DNA of 40,766 bases from Actinomycetes bacterium (GTDB lineage: Bacteria; Actinomycetota; Actinomycetes; Propionibacteriales; Nocardioidaceae), in the NCBI GenBank assembly GCA_023415395.1, contig JAEZKN010000152.1, positions 1 to 40,766 on the forward strand, read 5' to 3'. The notes beneath the pieces are model-generated. The model was not told the origin of the DNA. It saw only the letters and a list, made by a program, of their open reading frames with translations, and did not search any database. Below are positions 19,993 through 29,145 of the stretch, one piece after another. Both the position numbers and the translations under genes were made by a program. How positions within the stretch are numbered: position 1 is the first letter of the stretch; each line of letters opens with the position of its first letter.

Positions 19993-20738
19993 CACAGTCC
20001 CTTCGAGACGACGAGGAACGCGGGGGGCTCTCCCCCGCCATGACAGGCGACGGTCGCGCCCGAGACGTAGGACGCCAGGTCGCTGGCCAGGAACGCGGCG
20101 ACGTGGCCGACCTCCTCGGGCCGCGCCATCCGGCCGAGGGGGATCGTCTGCTCGATCGCCGCCACCGAGGCGTCGTCGCCGTAGTGGTCGTCGGACTGCT
20201 CGGTGCGGCACAGCCCCACGTCGACGGCGTTCACGCGGACCTTCGGCGCCCACTCCATCGCCAGCGAGGTGGTCAGCGAGTCCAGACCCGCCTTGGCGGC
20301 GCCGTACGCCGCGATGGTCGGTGCCGGCCGGTGCGCGGACACCGAGGAGATGTTCACGATGTTCCCGCCCGACAGCTGCTGCTGCATGACCGCGTTTGCG
20401 GCCTGCGCGCAGACCAGCGGGGCGAGCAGGTTGAGTCCGACGACCTTCTCGTGGAACCGGGGCGACGCCGAGGCCGCGTCGGCCGAAGGCGCTCCCCCGG
20501 CGTTGTTCACGAGGATGTCGAGGCGCTCCAGCGACGCCACGAGATCCCGCACGGCCTCGGCGTCACGCACGTCGCACACCCGGTGGGTGGTGCCGGGCAC
20601 CGGCTCGACCTCCGAGCGCGAGCAGGTCACCACCGACGCACCGGCGTCGAGCAGCGCGCGCGTGATGCCCAGGCCGATGCCCCGGGTCCCGCCCGTGACG
20701 AGCGCGACGCGTCCGGAGAGGTCCACCGCCAAGGTCAT
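19992..20738 (-). CDS. SDR oxidoreductase (Rv3549c-like)
   Basis: TGGTRGIG, NNAGG, YGAAK, EWAPKVRVN, HGGGEPPAFL. Confidence 0.88.
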   Translation of the reverse strand: MTLAVDLSGRVALVTGGTRGIGLGITRALLDAGASVVTCSRSEVEPVPGTTHRVCDVRDAEAVRDLVASLERLDILVNNAGGAPSADAASASPRFHEKVVGLNLLAPLVCAQAANAVMQQQLSGGNIVNISSVSAHRPAPTIAAYGAAKAGLDSLTTSLAMEWAPKVRVNAVDVGLCRTEQSDDHYGDDASVAAIEQTIPLGRMARPEEVGHVAAFLASDLASYVSGATVACHGGGEPPAFLVVSKGL

Positions 20739-20749
20739 GCTGCTACCCT

Positions 20750-20767
20750 ACCAAGCACTTGCTTGGT
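20750..20767. promoter_or_regulatory. KstR2 operator
   Basis: ACCAAGCA-CT-TGCTTGGT, which contains AnCAAGnnCTTGnT; between the divergent SDR and echA20 genes. Confidence 0.88.
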
Positions 20768-20778
20768 TAGGAGCGAAC

Positions 20779-21534
20779 GTGCCCATCACTTCCGAACTGC
20801 GCCCCGACGGCGTCCGGCTGGTCACCATGGACCACCCGCCGGTCAACGCGCTCACCGTCCAGGGCTGGTACGACGTCGCCGCCGCCCTCGACGAGGCCGC
20901 AAGCGACCTGGACACCAAGGTTGTCGTGCTGCGGGCCGAGGGTCGCGGTTTCAACGCCGGGGTCGACATCAAGGAGATGCAGCACACCAGCGGCTTCGAG
21001 GCGCTCGTCGGCGCCAACAGGGGGTGCTTCGCGGCGTTCAAGGCGGTCTACGAGTGCGCCGTCCCGGTGGTCGCCGCAGTCAACGGCTTCTGCCTCGGCG
21101 GCGGCGTCGGCCTGGTCGGCAACGCCGACTGCGTCGTGGCCAGCGACGATGCGTACTTCGGGGTCCCCGAGGTCAACCAGGGCGCGCTCGGCGCGGCGAC
21201 CCACATGGCCCGGCTGGTGCCCCAGCACATGATGCGCACCCTCTACTTCACCGCACGCACGATCAAGGCCACCGAGCTGGTCCGGTTCGGCAGCGTCTTG
21301 GAGACGGTCCCCCGCGACCGGCTCGACGACGCGGCGCTGGCGGTCGCCGGCGAGATCGCGGCCAAGGACACCCGGGTGATCCGGGCCGCCAAGGAGGCGC
21401 TCAACGGCATCGACCCGATCGACGTCAACAAGAGCTACCGCTTCGAGCAGGGGTTCACCTTCGAGCTGAACCTGGCCGGCGTGAGCGACGAGCTGCGCGA
21501 CGAGTTCGCCGGGACGCAGAAGAGCAAGGGATGA
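20779..21534 (+). CDS. echA20: Enoyl-CoA hydratase EchA20
   Basis: GTG start with AGGAG RBS; PPVNAL, GFNAGVDIKE, GFCLGGG, GALGAATH, SYRFEQGFTFELNL. Confidence 0.9.
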   Translation: MPITSELRPDGVRLVTMDHPPVNALTVQGWYDVAAALDEAASDLDTKVVVLRAEGRGFNAGVDIKEMQHTSGFEALVGANRGCFAAFKAVYECAVPVVAAVNGFCLGGGVGLVGNADCVVASDDAYFGVPEVNQGALGAATHMARLVPQHMMRTLYFTARTIKATELVRFGSVLETVPRDRLDDAALAVAGEIAAKDTRVIRAAKEALNGIDPIDVNKSYRFEQGFTFELNLAGVSDELRDEFAGTQKSKG

Positions 21535-21565
21535 GCCACGGGATGAGCCAGGGATGAGCAAGGGA
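21528..21565 (+). repeat. 11-12-bp tandem repeat GGGATGAGC(C/A)A at the echA20-ipdA junction
   Basis: GGGATGAGCCAC / GGGATGAGCCA / GGGATGAGCAA / GGGA. Confidence 0.85.
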
Positions 21566-22435
21566 CCACGCGACAAGCAGATGACGATCGACGAGGTCCT
21601 CGGCGAGCTGAAGGACGGCATGACCATCGGCATCGGCGGCTGGGGCCCGCGCCGCAAGCCGATGGCCCTGGTCCGCGCGATCCTGCGCAGCGACCTGACG
21701 GACCTCACGATCGTCAGCTGGGGCGGGGCCGACGTCGGGCTGCTCGCCCGGGCGGGCAAGATCCGAAAGCTCGTCTACGCATTCGTCTCCCTCGACTCGG
21801 TGCCGCTGGAGCCGAACTTCCAGCGGGCCCGCCAGGAGGGCACGATCCCCGAGCTCGTCGAGCTCGACGAGGGCATGTTCCAGACCGGGCTGCGCGCCGC
21901 CGCCCAGCGGCTGCCGTTCCTGCCGATGCGCGCGGGCCTCGGCTCCGACGTGCTGGTCAACCAGCCGTGGATCGAGACGGTGACGAGCCCCTACGACGAC
22001 GGCGAGGAGCTGGTCGCCGTACCCGCGATCCCGCTCGACGTCGCGCTCGTCCACATGAACCGCGCCGACCAGCACGGCAACGCGTCCTACCTCGGGCCGG
22101 ACCCCTACTTCGACGACCTGTTCGCGATGGCGGCCGACCGCACGTACGTCTCGTGCGAGCAGGTGGTCGACACCGCCGGCCTCACCGTCCACACCCCCGT
22201 CCAGCGCCTGCTGCTGCACCGGATGATGGTCAGCGGCGTCGTCGAGACGCCGAACGGCGCGCACTTCACCACCTGCACGCCCGACTACGAGCGCGACGAG
22301 AGCTTCCAGCGGGCGTACGCCGCCGCGGCCGGTGGCAGCGACGAGGACTGGTCCGCGTTCCACGACCGGTTCCTGGCCGGTGACGAGGCGGCCTACCAGG
22401 CCGCGGTCCGCGAGCTCGCCGAGGAGGACAAGTGA
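21554..22435 (+). CDS. ipdA: Ring-cleaving hydrolase subunit IpdA (CoA-transferase fold)
   Basis: GMTIGIGGWG.RRKPMALVR, ELDEGM, RLPFLP.RAGLGSD, LGPDPYFDDLF, GAHFT. Confidence 0.92.
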   Translation: MSKGPRDKQMTIDEVLGELKDGMTIGIGGWGPRRKPMALVRAILRSDLTDLTIVSWGGADVGLLARAGKIRKLVYAFVSLDSVPLEPNFQRARQEGTIPELVELDEGMFQTGLRAAAQRLPFLPMRAGLGSDVLVNQPWIETVTSPYDDGEELVAVPAIPLDVALVHMNRADQHGNASYLGPDPYFDDLFAMAADRTYVSCEQVVDTAGLTVHTPVQRLLLHRMMVSGVVETPNGAHFTTCTPDYERDESFQRAYAAAAGGSDEDWSAFHDRFLAGDEAAYQAAVRELAEEDK

Positions 22436-23202
22436 GCGCCACCGAGACGAGCGCGGCGCGCGCCGACGTCTGCGCCGCCGCCATCGCCGACGCGTTCGAG
22501 CACGACGGCGAGATCTTCGCCAGCCCGATGGGCCTGCTCCCGACACTCGGGGTCCGGCTGGCCAAGCTGACCAGCAACCCGGACCTGGCGATCTCCGACG
22601 GCGAGTCGCTCCTCCTCGCCGGCGTCCCGCCGCTGTTCGCGAAGGGTGACGTCGTCGAGGGGTGGATCCCGTTCCGCAAGGTCTTCGACGTCATCGCCTA
22701 CGGCAAGCGCCACGTGATGATGGGCGCCACCCAGGTCGACCGCCACGGCAACCAGAACATCTCCGCCATCGGCGCCTGGGCGCAGCCGACGCGCCAGCTG
22801 CTCGGCAGCCGCGGCGCACCGGGCAACACCGTCAACAACCGGACGTCCTACTGGGTGCCCAAGCACTCCCCCCGCGTCTTCGTGGAGCAGGTCGACATCG
22901 TCTCCGGCGTCGGCCCGAGGCGGGCGAAGGAGGCCGGGCCGGCCGCCGCCCGCTACAACGACATCCACCGGATCGTCAGCAACCTCGCGGTCTTCGACGT
23001 CCGGGGCGCGGGCGACACGCTCCGGCTGCTCAGCGTGCACCCGGGCGTGACGGTCGACGACGTGCGCGAGGCGACCGGGTTCGAGCTCGACGCGCCGGCC
23101 GACGTGCCGACGACGCGTGAGCCCACGGCGGAGGAGCTCGTCCTCATCCGCGAGGTGCTCGACCCGAAGGGCCTGCGCTTCAAGGAAGTGCCCCGTGATT
23201 GA
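22432..23202 (+). CDS. ipdB: Ring-cleaving hydrolase subunit IpdB
   Basis: GTGA overlap; SDGE, EGWIPFR.VFD, GNQNISAIG, RGAPGNT.N..TSYW. Confidence 0.92.
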   Translation: MSATETSAARADVCAAAIADAFEHDGEIFASPMGLLPTLGVRLAKLTSNPDLAISDGESLLLAGVPPLFAKGDVVEGWIPFRKVFDVIAYGKRHVMMGATQVDRHGNQNISAIGAWAQPTRQLLGSRGAPGNTVNNRTSYWVPKHSPRVFVEQVDIVSGVGPRRAKEAGPAAARYNDIHRIVSNLAVFDVRGAGDTLRLLSVHPGVTVDDVREATGFELDAPADVPTTREPTAEELVLIREVLDPKGLRFKEVPRD

Positions 23203-24262
23203 GCAGCTGCTCCGCACGCCGTTCACCGACCTGGTCGGCGTGCGCCACCCGGTCGTGCAGACCGGCATGGGCTGGGTGTCCGGACCGCGACTGGTCAGCG
23301 GCACCGCGAACGCCGGCGGCCTCGGCATCCTGGCCAGCGCGACGATGACCTTCGCCGAGCTGGAGCAGGCGATCGTCGAGGTCAAGGGCCGCACCGACCA
23401 GCCGTTCGGGGTCAACCTCCGCGCGGACGCGGCCGACGCGCCCGACCGCTGCCGGCTGCTGATCGACCACGGCGTGAAGGTCGCGTCCTTCGCGCTCGCC
23501 CCCAAGCCCGAGCTCATCGCCACGCTCAAGGAGCACGGCACCGTCGTGATGCCATCGGTCGGCGCGGCCAAGCACGCGGTCAAGGTCGCCGCCTGGGGTG
23601 CCGACGCCGTGATGGTCCAGGGCGGGGAGGGCGGCGGGCACACCGGACCGGTGCCCACGACCCTGCTGGTCCCGACGGTCCTCGACGCCGTGGACATCCC
23701 CGTCGTCGCGGCCGGCGGCTTCTTCGACGGCCGCGGGCTGGCCGCCGCGCGGTCCTACGGCGCGGCCGGCCTCGGCATGGGCCCCCGCTTCCTGCTGACG
23801 CAGGACTCCGCCGTGCCCGACGCGGTCAAACAGCTCTACCTCCAGCGCGGCCTGACCGACACGGTGGTGACCGCCAAGGTCGACGGCATGCCGCACCGGA
23901 TGCTGCGCACCGACCTGGTCGAGGAGCTCGAGGGCACCAGCGCGCTCAGGCGGCTGGGGCCGACGGCGCGGCGCACGCTCGAGTTCAAGAAGGACTCCGG
24001 CTTGTCCTGGTCGGCGCTGCTCAAGGACGGCCGCGCGATGAGGAAGGCCCAGGGCCGCACGCTGGGCCAGATGGCGCTCGCGGCCAACACGCCGACGATG
24101 CTCAAGGCCGGGCTCGTCGAGGGAGACACCTCGGCAGGTGTGCTGGCCAGCGGTCAGGTCGTCGGCGTCATCGACGACCTGCCAACCTGCGAGGAGCTCA
24201 TCGACCGCGTGGTCACCCGCGCCGCCGAGGAGCTGCGCCGCACCTCGTCGTACGTCCGCTAG
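23195..24262 (+). CDS. ipdC: IpdC, nitronate monooxygenase-family flavoenzyme (Rv3553-like)
   Basis: HPVVQTGMGWV, QGGEGGGHTG, AAGGFFDGRGL, VDGMPHR; synteny with ipdAB. Confidence 0.88.
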   Translation: MIEQLLRTPFTDLVGVRHPVVQTGMGWVSGPRLVSGTANAGGLGILASATMTFAELEQAIVEVKGRTDQPFGVNLRADAADAPDRCRLLIDHGVKVASFALAPKPELIATLKEHGTVVMPSVGAAKHAVKVAAWGADAVMVQGGEGGGHTGPVPTTLLVPTVLDAVDIPVVAAGGFFDGRGLAAARSYGAAGLGMGPRFLLTQDSAVPDAVKQLYLQRGLTDTVVTAKVDGMPHRMLRTDLVEELEGTSALRRLGPTARRTLEFKKDSGLSWSALLKDGRAMRKAQGRTLGQMALAANTPTMLKAGLVEGDTSAGVLASGQVVGVIDDLPTCEELIDRVVTRAAEELRRTSSYVR

Positions 24263-25245
24263 AGCGAGCGCTGGAAGGCCAGGGCACGGGCGTTGACCTC
24301 GTAGCCGAGAGCCTCGTTGACGCCGATCATGTGGTCGTTGGACTCGGCGTTCCAGGTGTCGATCGTCTCCAGCTGCGGCTGCGCCTCGGCCAGCCAGCGC
24401 ACCATGTCGGTCTTCAGCAGCACGCCGAGCCGGTGGCCGCGGTGCGCCCGGACCACCGAGGTGTCGTGCTGGTGGCCGATCCCCGGCCGGAGCGTCTCAA
24501 CAGCGACCGCGGTGTGGCCGGCCAGCTCCCCGGTCTCCCGGTGCCGGGCGATGACCCGGTGCAGCACGTGCCCACGGGCGGCCTGCGCGGCCTCGTAGGC
24601 GACGATCCGCTCCGGCGGGTAGGCCTCGTCCTCGACGTCGAGGTCGTCGGTCGGGGCGTCGTTGATCGACGCCGCGAGCTCCGAGAGCGCGGGCAGCTCC
24701 TCCTCCGGCGTCAGGCCGACCCGGTGGAGGAGCTCGTAGTCGGAGGCGGCCACGAGCGCCTCGGCGTGCAGCCGGTCCAGCGCCGCGCGGTCGATCCGCG
24801 CGAGGTGCTGGCGGCGGTTGACCGACACCTGCTTCTGCTCGAACCCGTGCTTCCGCGCGAACGCCGGCGGCCCCGGCAGGTCCCAGCCGTCCATGCCCAC
24901 TGACGTCCTGCCCTCGCGGCGGGCCCGCGCCATGAGGTGCTCGAGCACCGCCGAGCCGTGGCCCCGACGCCGGTGCTCCGGGTGCACGTCGACGCCGAGC
25001 CAGGCGAGGTGGACGTTGTCGTAGGTGGTCGTCTCGTACGTCGCCGTCGCGACGTCCGTGCCGTCGAGCGTCGCGAGGAAGTGGGTGGCGGGCTCGCCGT
25101 CCCAGCCGTGCCGGATGCTCAGGGCCAGCCAGTCGGCCGTGCACGGATGGGACCAGGGCTGCTCGTGCCGGCGTACCGCCTCGAGCACGGCCACCGACCG
25201 GGCGACCGCGCCGGTGTCGTCCCACGTCACCTGCGTGATGTCCAC
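24259..25245 (-). CDS. Tandem-domain GNAT N-acetyltransferase
   Basis: Two GNAT motifs A (VHPEHRRRGHG; VVRAHRGHRLG), TWNAESNDHMIGVNEALGY; GTG start. Confidence 0.85.
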   Translation of the reverse strand: MDITQVTWDDTGAVARSVAVLEAVRRHEQPWSHPCTADWLALSIRHGWDGEPATHFLATLDGTDVATATYETTTYDNVHLAWLGVDVHPEHRRRGHGSAVLEHLMARARREGRTSVGMDGWDLPGPPAFARKHGFEQKQVSVNRRQHLARIDRAALDRLHAEALVAASDYELLHRVGLTPEEELPALSELAASINDAPTDDLDVEDEAYPPERIVAYEAAQAARGHVLHRVIARHRETGELAGHTAVAVETLRPGIGHQHDTSVVRAHRGHRLGVLLKTDMVRWLAEAQPQLETIDTWNAESNDHMIGVNEALGYEVNARALAFQRSL

Positions 25246-25327
25246 ATCTCGAGCATGACCCGCCCGGCCCCGGAACGCACCCAGGTTTTCGCCCACCCGC
25301 GGCCGCGGCAGGCCCTACGCTCCCGAC

Positions 25328-25777
25328 GTGGGCCGCGCCGTACTCCTGTGGATGATCCCGATCAACCTGTTCCTGGTCGTCTGGGTCTGGTTCGGGCGAC
25401 TGGTCTTCGGCGTGGGCGGCTGGTTCTTCCTGATCTTCCTGGTCTCGGTGGTGCCGGTCGTCCTGGTCGCCCTCCTGGTCACCACGATCCTGGCCTACAC
25501 CCAGCACGGCCGGCCCCGGTCGCTGACCGGATTCCAGGCCGGGGCGCAGCTGGTCACCTGGCTGGCCCTGCTCGTGTTCGGCACCTTCTGCCCGGACTTC
25601 GGCGACACGGTGGAGAGCGAGATGTCCGTGCTGACGCAGGCCTTCGGCTGGAGCAGGACCGCCCTCGACGTCAGCTACTACGTGACGCTGACCGCTGCGC
25701 TCGTGGCGCTCGTCGCGTGGATCGTGCTGCTGGGGTCACTGGTCTTCGCCCGGCGCCGCAGTCCCGTCCCGGCGTGA
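25328..25777 (+). CDS. Hypothetical 4-TM membrane protein
   Basis: Four hydrophobic segments, high GC3, leaderless -10 TACGCT 6 nt upstream. Confidence 0.7.
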   Translation: MGRAVLLWMIPINLFLVVWVWFGRLVFGVGGWFFLIFLVSVVPVVLVALLVTTILAYTQHGRPRSLTGFQAGAQLVTWLALLVFGTFCPDFGDTVESEMSVLTQAFGWSRTALDVSYYVTLTAALVALVAWIVLLGSLVFARRRSPVPA

Positions 25778-26254
25778 GTCGAGGACCGGCTCCTGGCCCG
25801 GCTCCTGCGCGGCGGCGATGACCTCGGTCAGCGAGCGGTGCAGCGCACGGAGGTCGTCGAGGGACATGCCGAGCCGCTCCACGATCGTGCCGGGCACGTC
25901 GAGCGCGCGCTCGCGCAGCACCCGGCCCTCGTCGGTGAGGTCGAGTGCCAACGCCCGGTCGTCGGTCGGGTCCTTGCCGCGCACGACCAGGCCCGCGCGC
26001 TCGAGGCGCTTGAGCAGCGGCGACAGGGTGCCGGGGTCGAGCTGGAGCAGTCGGCTCAGCTCGCTCGCGCGCACCGGCGCGCGCTGCCAGAGAGCCAGCA
26101 TCACGAGGTACTGAGGGTGGGTCAGGCCGAGGGGCTCGAGCACGGGGCGGTACACGCCGACGACGCTGCGCGCGGCCACCGAGAGGGCGAAGCACACCTG
26201 CTCCTCCAGCGCGAGCGGGTCGACGCCCGGGGGGAATGTGCTGCGCGCCGCCAT
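25736..26254 (-). CDS. MarR-family regulator (OhrR-like)
   Basis: DPLALEEQVCFAL, LGLTHPQYLVMLALW, GTLSPLLKRLE..GLV.R; ATG at 26254 lies 7 nt after -10 TACACT. Confidence 0.88.
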   Translation of the reverse strand: MAARSTFPPGVDPLALEEQVCFALSVAARSVVGVYRPVLEPLGLTHPQYLVMLALWQRAPVRASELSRLLQLDPGTLSPLLKRLERAGLVVRGKDPTDDRALALDLTDEGRVLRERALDVPGTIVERLGMSLDDLRALHRSLTEVIAAAQEPGQEPVLDSRRDGTAAPGEDQ

Positions 26255-26258
26255 GGTT

Positions 26259-26287
26259 GTTAGTGTACCAACTGTTGGCACACCAAC
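26259..26287. promoter_or_regulatory. Tandem MarR operators
   Basis: GTTAGTGTACCAAC (26259-26272) and GTTGGCACACCAAC (26274-26287), imperfect palindromes between divergent genes. Confidence 0.7.
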
Positions 26288-26307
26288 TGAACGAGCAGGG
26301 AGCACGC

Positions 26308-26673
26308 GTGAGCGAGCAGGCGACGCCGAAGCCGAAGAAGCGGCCCCGGCACCTGATGGACCCCGACAACCCGCAGCGCGAGACCATCACGCGGCGCGAC
26401 TCGGGCCCGATGCACCTCGAGCCGGTGCAGAAGTGGGTGCTCTCGATCCTCGCGTTCACGACGATCATCCACATGTCCTTCGGCCTGGTCATCGCCGCGA
26501 TGTACGTCAACGAGAGCCGCACCGACGCCCAGGTCGGGCTCAACATCATCGCGGCGGCCTTCGGCGTCATCTCGGTCGCGGTCTTCCTCGCCATCCACGG
26601 CAAGAAGATCGCCTCGCCCTGGCTGCTGCTGGGTGTCCTCCCCGGCGTGGTCGGGCTCTTCCTCGTGCTGTGA
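26308..26673 (+). CDS. Hypothetical 3-TM membrane protein, probable MarR target
   Basis: GTG start with AGGGAG RBS; three hydrophobic segments; high GC3. Confidence 0.7.
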   Translation: MSEQATPKPKKRPRHLMDPDNPQRETITRRDSGPMHLEPVQKWVLSILAFTTIIHMSFGLVIAAMYVNESRTDAQVGLNIIAAAFGVISVAVFLAIHGKKIASPWLLLGVLPGVVGLFLVL

Positions 26674-26703
26674 GCGCGGTGCGCTGGGCGCGGTCGCGTT
26701 GTC

Positions 26704-26797
26704 GCTGGTTCACCACGGTAGGTGGGTGAACCTGCACTTCCCACGGCATGCCCGCCATGAGAAGTGTCGCTTCGCCTACTTACCGTGGTGAACCAGC
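26704..26797. repeat. 94-bp intergenic long hairpin (MITE/REPIN-like)
   Basis: 44-bp arms (26704-26747 and 26754-26797), 36/44 Watson-Crick complementary, outer 17 bp perfect, 6-nt loop. Confidence 0.9.
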
Positions 26798-26833
26798 ACC
26801 ACCACCCACCACCCCTCCTCTAGGTTGGGCGGC

Positions 26834-27379
26834 GTGGGCGAGCTGACGCGCGGCGAGACGCAGGAGCTGGAGGCCACCCGGCTGCGGGTCGGGCTCGGCT
26901 GGGACAAGATCCGGACCGCGGGAGCACTCAGCGGCTTCGCCGACGCCGACCTCGACGCCTCGGCGGTGCAGTTCGCGAACGGCGAGCTCTTCGACCTCGC
27001 GTTCTACAACCACCTGCGCACCCGCGACGGGTCGGTCGAGCACCTGGGTGACAACCAGACAGGGAGCGGCGAGGGTGACGACGAGACGATCACCATCGAC
27101 CTGGCGAAGGTGCACGGCCCGGTCGACACCATCTTCCTGCTGGTCAGCAGCTACCAGGGCCACTCGCTGGAGTGGGTCGCGAACGCCTACTGCCGGCTCG
27201 TCGACGAGCACGACACCGAGGTCGCGCGGGTGACGCTGACCCTCGGCGTGCCCGAGACCGGCGTGCTGCTGGCCAAGCTGGTCCGCAGCGGGACCGGCTG
27301 GACGCTGCACGCGATCGCCGAGGGCATCGCGGTGAAGCTGCCGACGGAGTCGCCGGCGAAGCTCAAGCGCTTCCTCTGA
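26834..27379 (+). CDS. TerD-family stress protein
   Basis: VGLGWD, DLDASA, DGSVEHLGDNQTGSGEGDDETI, NAYCRLVD; leaderless -10 TAGGTT 7 nt before the GTG. Confidence 0.88.
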   Translation: MGELTRGETQELEATRLRVGLGWDKIRTAGALSGFADADLDASAVQFANGELFDLAFYNHLRTRDGSVEHLGDNQTGSGEGDDETITIDLAKVHGPVDTIFLLVSSYQGHSLEWVANAYCRLVDEHDTEVARVTLTLGVPETGVLLAKLVRSGTGWTLHAIAEGIAVKLPTESPAKLKRFL

Positions 27380-27380
27380 G

Positions 27381-28544
27381 CTAGAGCCGCTCGATGATGG
27401 TCACGTTGGCCTGACCGCCGCCCTCGCACATCGTCTGCAGGCCGTAACGACCTCCGGTGCGCTCGAGCTCGGCCAGCAGCGTGGTCATCAGGCGGGTGCC
27501 GGTGGCGCCGATCGGGTGCCCGAGCGCGATGCCGCCGCCGTTGACGTTGACCTTCTCGTGCGGCGCGCCGGTCTCGCGCATCCAGGCGAGCACGACGGGG
27601 GCGAACGCCTCGTTGCACTCGAAGAGGTCGATGTCGTCGATCGTCAGGCCCGCGCGGTCCAGCGCGTGCTTGGTCGCGCGGATCGGGCCGGTGAGCATCC
27701 AGACCGGGTCGTCGCCGCGCACCGAGAGGTGGTGGATGCGGGCCCGCGGCGTCAGGCCGTGGTCGCGTACGCCGGCCTCGCTGGCCAGCAGCATCGCGCT
27801 GGACGCGTCGCAGATCTGCGAGGCGACCGCCGCGGTGATCCGGCCACCGGGCGCAAGCGGCTCGAGCGAGGCCATCTTCTCCAGCGAGGTCTCACGCGGG
27901 CACTGGTCGGTGTCGAGGCGCTGCCCGTCGGGGAGGTCGACCGGCTCGGTCTCGCCCGTGAACCGGCCCTCGGCGATGGCCGTCCGCGCCCGCTCGTGCG
28001 AGGCGAGGGCGAACTCCTCCATCTCCTCGCGCGAGAGGTCCCACTTCTCCGCGATCATCTCGGCCGAGCGGAACTGGCTGACCTCCTGGTCGCCGTAGCG
28101 GTCCTGCCACCCGGGCGACTCGGCGAACGGCGTGGAGAAGCCGTACTGCTGGCCCACCAGCATCGCCGCCGAGATCGGGATCGCGCTCATGTTCTGCACT
28201 CCCCCGGCGACCACCAGGTCCTGCGTGCCCGAGAGCACGCCCTGCGCCGCGAAGTGCACGGCCTGCTGGGACGAGCCGCACTGCCGGTCGATGGTCACGC
28301 CCGGCACGTGGTCCGGCAGGCCGGCGACCAGCCAGGCGGTCCGCGCGACGTCGCCGGCCTGCGAGCCGATGGTGTCGCAGCAGCCGAGGATCACGTCGTC
28401 GACGGCGCCCGGGTCGATCCCGGTCCGGCGCACCAGCGCCGAGAGCGTGTGAGCCGCGAGGTCCGCGGAGTGCGTCTGCGCGAGGGCTCCCCCGCGCTTG
28501 CCGACCGGCGTGCGGACCGCGTCGACGATGTAGGCCTCAGGCAC
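27381..28544 (-). CDS. fadA6: Acetyl-CoA acyltransferase FadA6 (Rv3556c-like)
   Basis: EAYIVDAVRT, IDRQCGSSQQA, NEAFA, GHPIGATG, MCEGGG; downstream of kstR2. Confidence 0.88.
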   Translation of the reverse strand: MPEAYIVDAVRTPVGKRGGALAQTHSADLAAHTLSALVRRTGIDPGAVDDVILGCCDTIGSQAGDVARTAWLVAGLPDHVPGVTIDRQCGSSQQAVHFAAQGVLSGTQDLVVAGGVQNMSAIPISAAMLVGQQYGFSTPFAESPGWQDRYGDQEVSQFRSAEMIAEKWDLSREEMEEFALASHERARTAIAEGRFTGETEPVDLPDGQRLDTDQCPRETSLEKMASLEPLAPGGRITAAVASQICDASSAMLLASEAGVRDHGLTPRARIHHLSVRGDDPVWMLTGPIRATKHALDRAGLTIDDIDLFECNEAFAPVVLAWMRETGAPHEKVNVNGGGIALGHPIGATGTRLMTTLLAELERTGGRYGLQTMCEGGGQANVTIIERL

Positions 28545-29133
28545 GGTGAATTCCTTCCAGCAGGATGGAGAGGTACTGCGTGGCGATCTCGGTGTGCGTG
28601 CGGCGCCCACCGGGGCGGTACCACGACACCGCGACCCAGACGGTGTCGCGGATGAAGCGGTAGGTGAGCTCCAGGTCGAGGTCGTCGCGCAGCAACCCGG
28701 CGTCGATGCCCCGCTGGAGCAGGGTCAGCCAGACCTCGCGCGACTGCCGGTTGCGGTCGGCGAGGTAGGCGAACCGGTCGAAGGTCAGCAGGTAGGCCGC
28801 CTCGTTCTGGAAGATCGCGACCTCGTCGCGGTGCTGGTCGATGGCGTCGAAGGAGACCAGCACCGCCTGCTCGAGCTGCGTCAGTGGGTCGGCGTCGCTG
28901 GCCAGGATGGCGTCGTACTGCCCGAAGAGCTCCTCCTGGAAGGTCCGCAGGATCTCGTCGACCATCGACTCCTTGGAGTCGAAGTGGTGGTAGAGGCTGC
29001 CCGAGAGGATCCCCGCGGCGTCCGCGATGTCGCGCACGGTGGTGTTCTTGAAGCCCTTCTCGGCGAAGAGCCCGGCGGCGATGGCCAGGAGCTCGGCGCG
29101 GCGGGAGTTGGCGGGGACCTGCTCAGCACTCAT
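28537..29133 (-). CDS. kstR2: TetR-family repressor KstR2
   Basis: TTVRDIADAAGILSGSLYHHFDSKESMVDEIL and YRFIRDTVWVAV.WYRPGG signatures. Confidence 0.93.
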   Translation of the reverse strand: MSAEQVPANSRRAELLAIAAGLFAEKGFKNTTVRDIADAAGILSGSLYHHFDSKESMVDEILRTFQEELFGQYDAILASDADPLTQLEQAVLVSFDAIDQHRDEVAIFQNEAAYLLTFDRFAYLADRNRQSREVWLTLLQRGIDAGLLRDDLDLELTYRFIRDTVWVAVSWYRPGGRRTHTEIATQYLSILLEGIHRA

Positions 29134-29145
29134 GGGACCAGTCTC

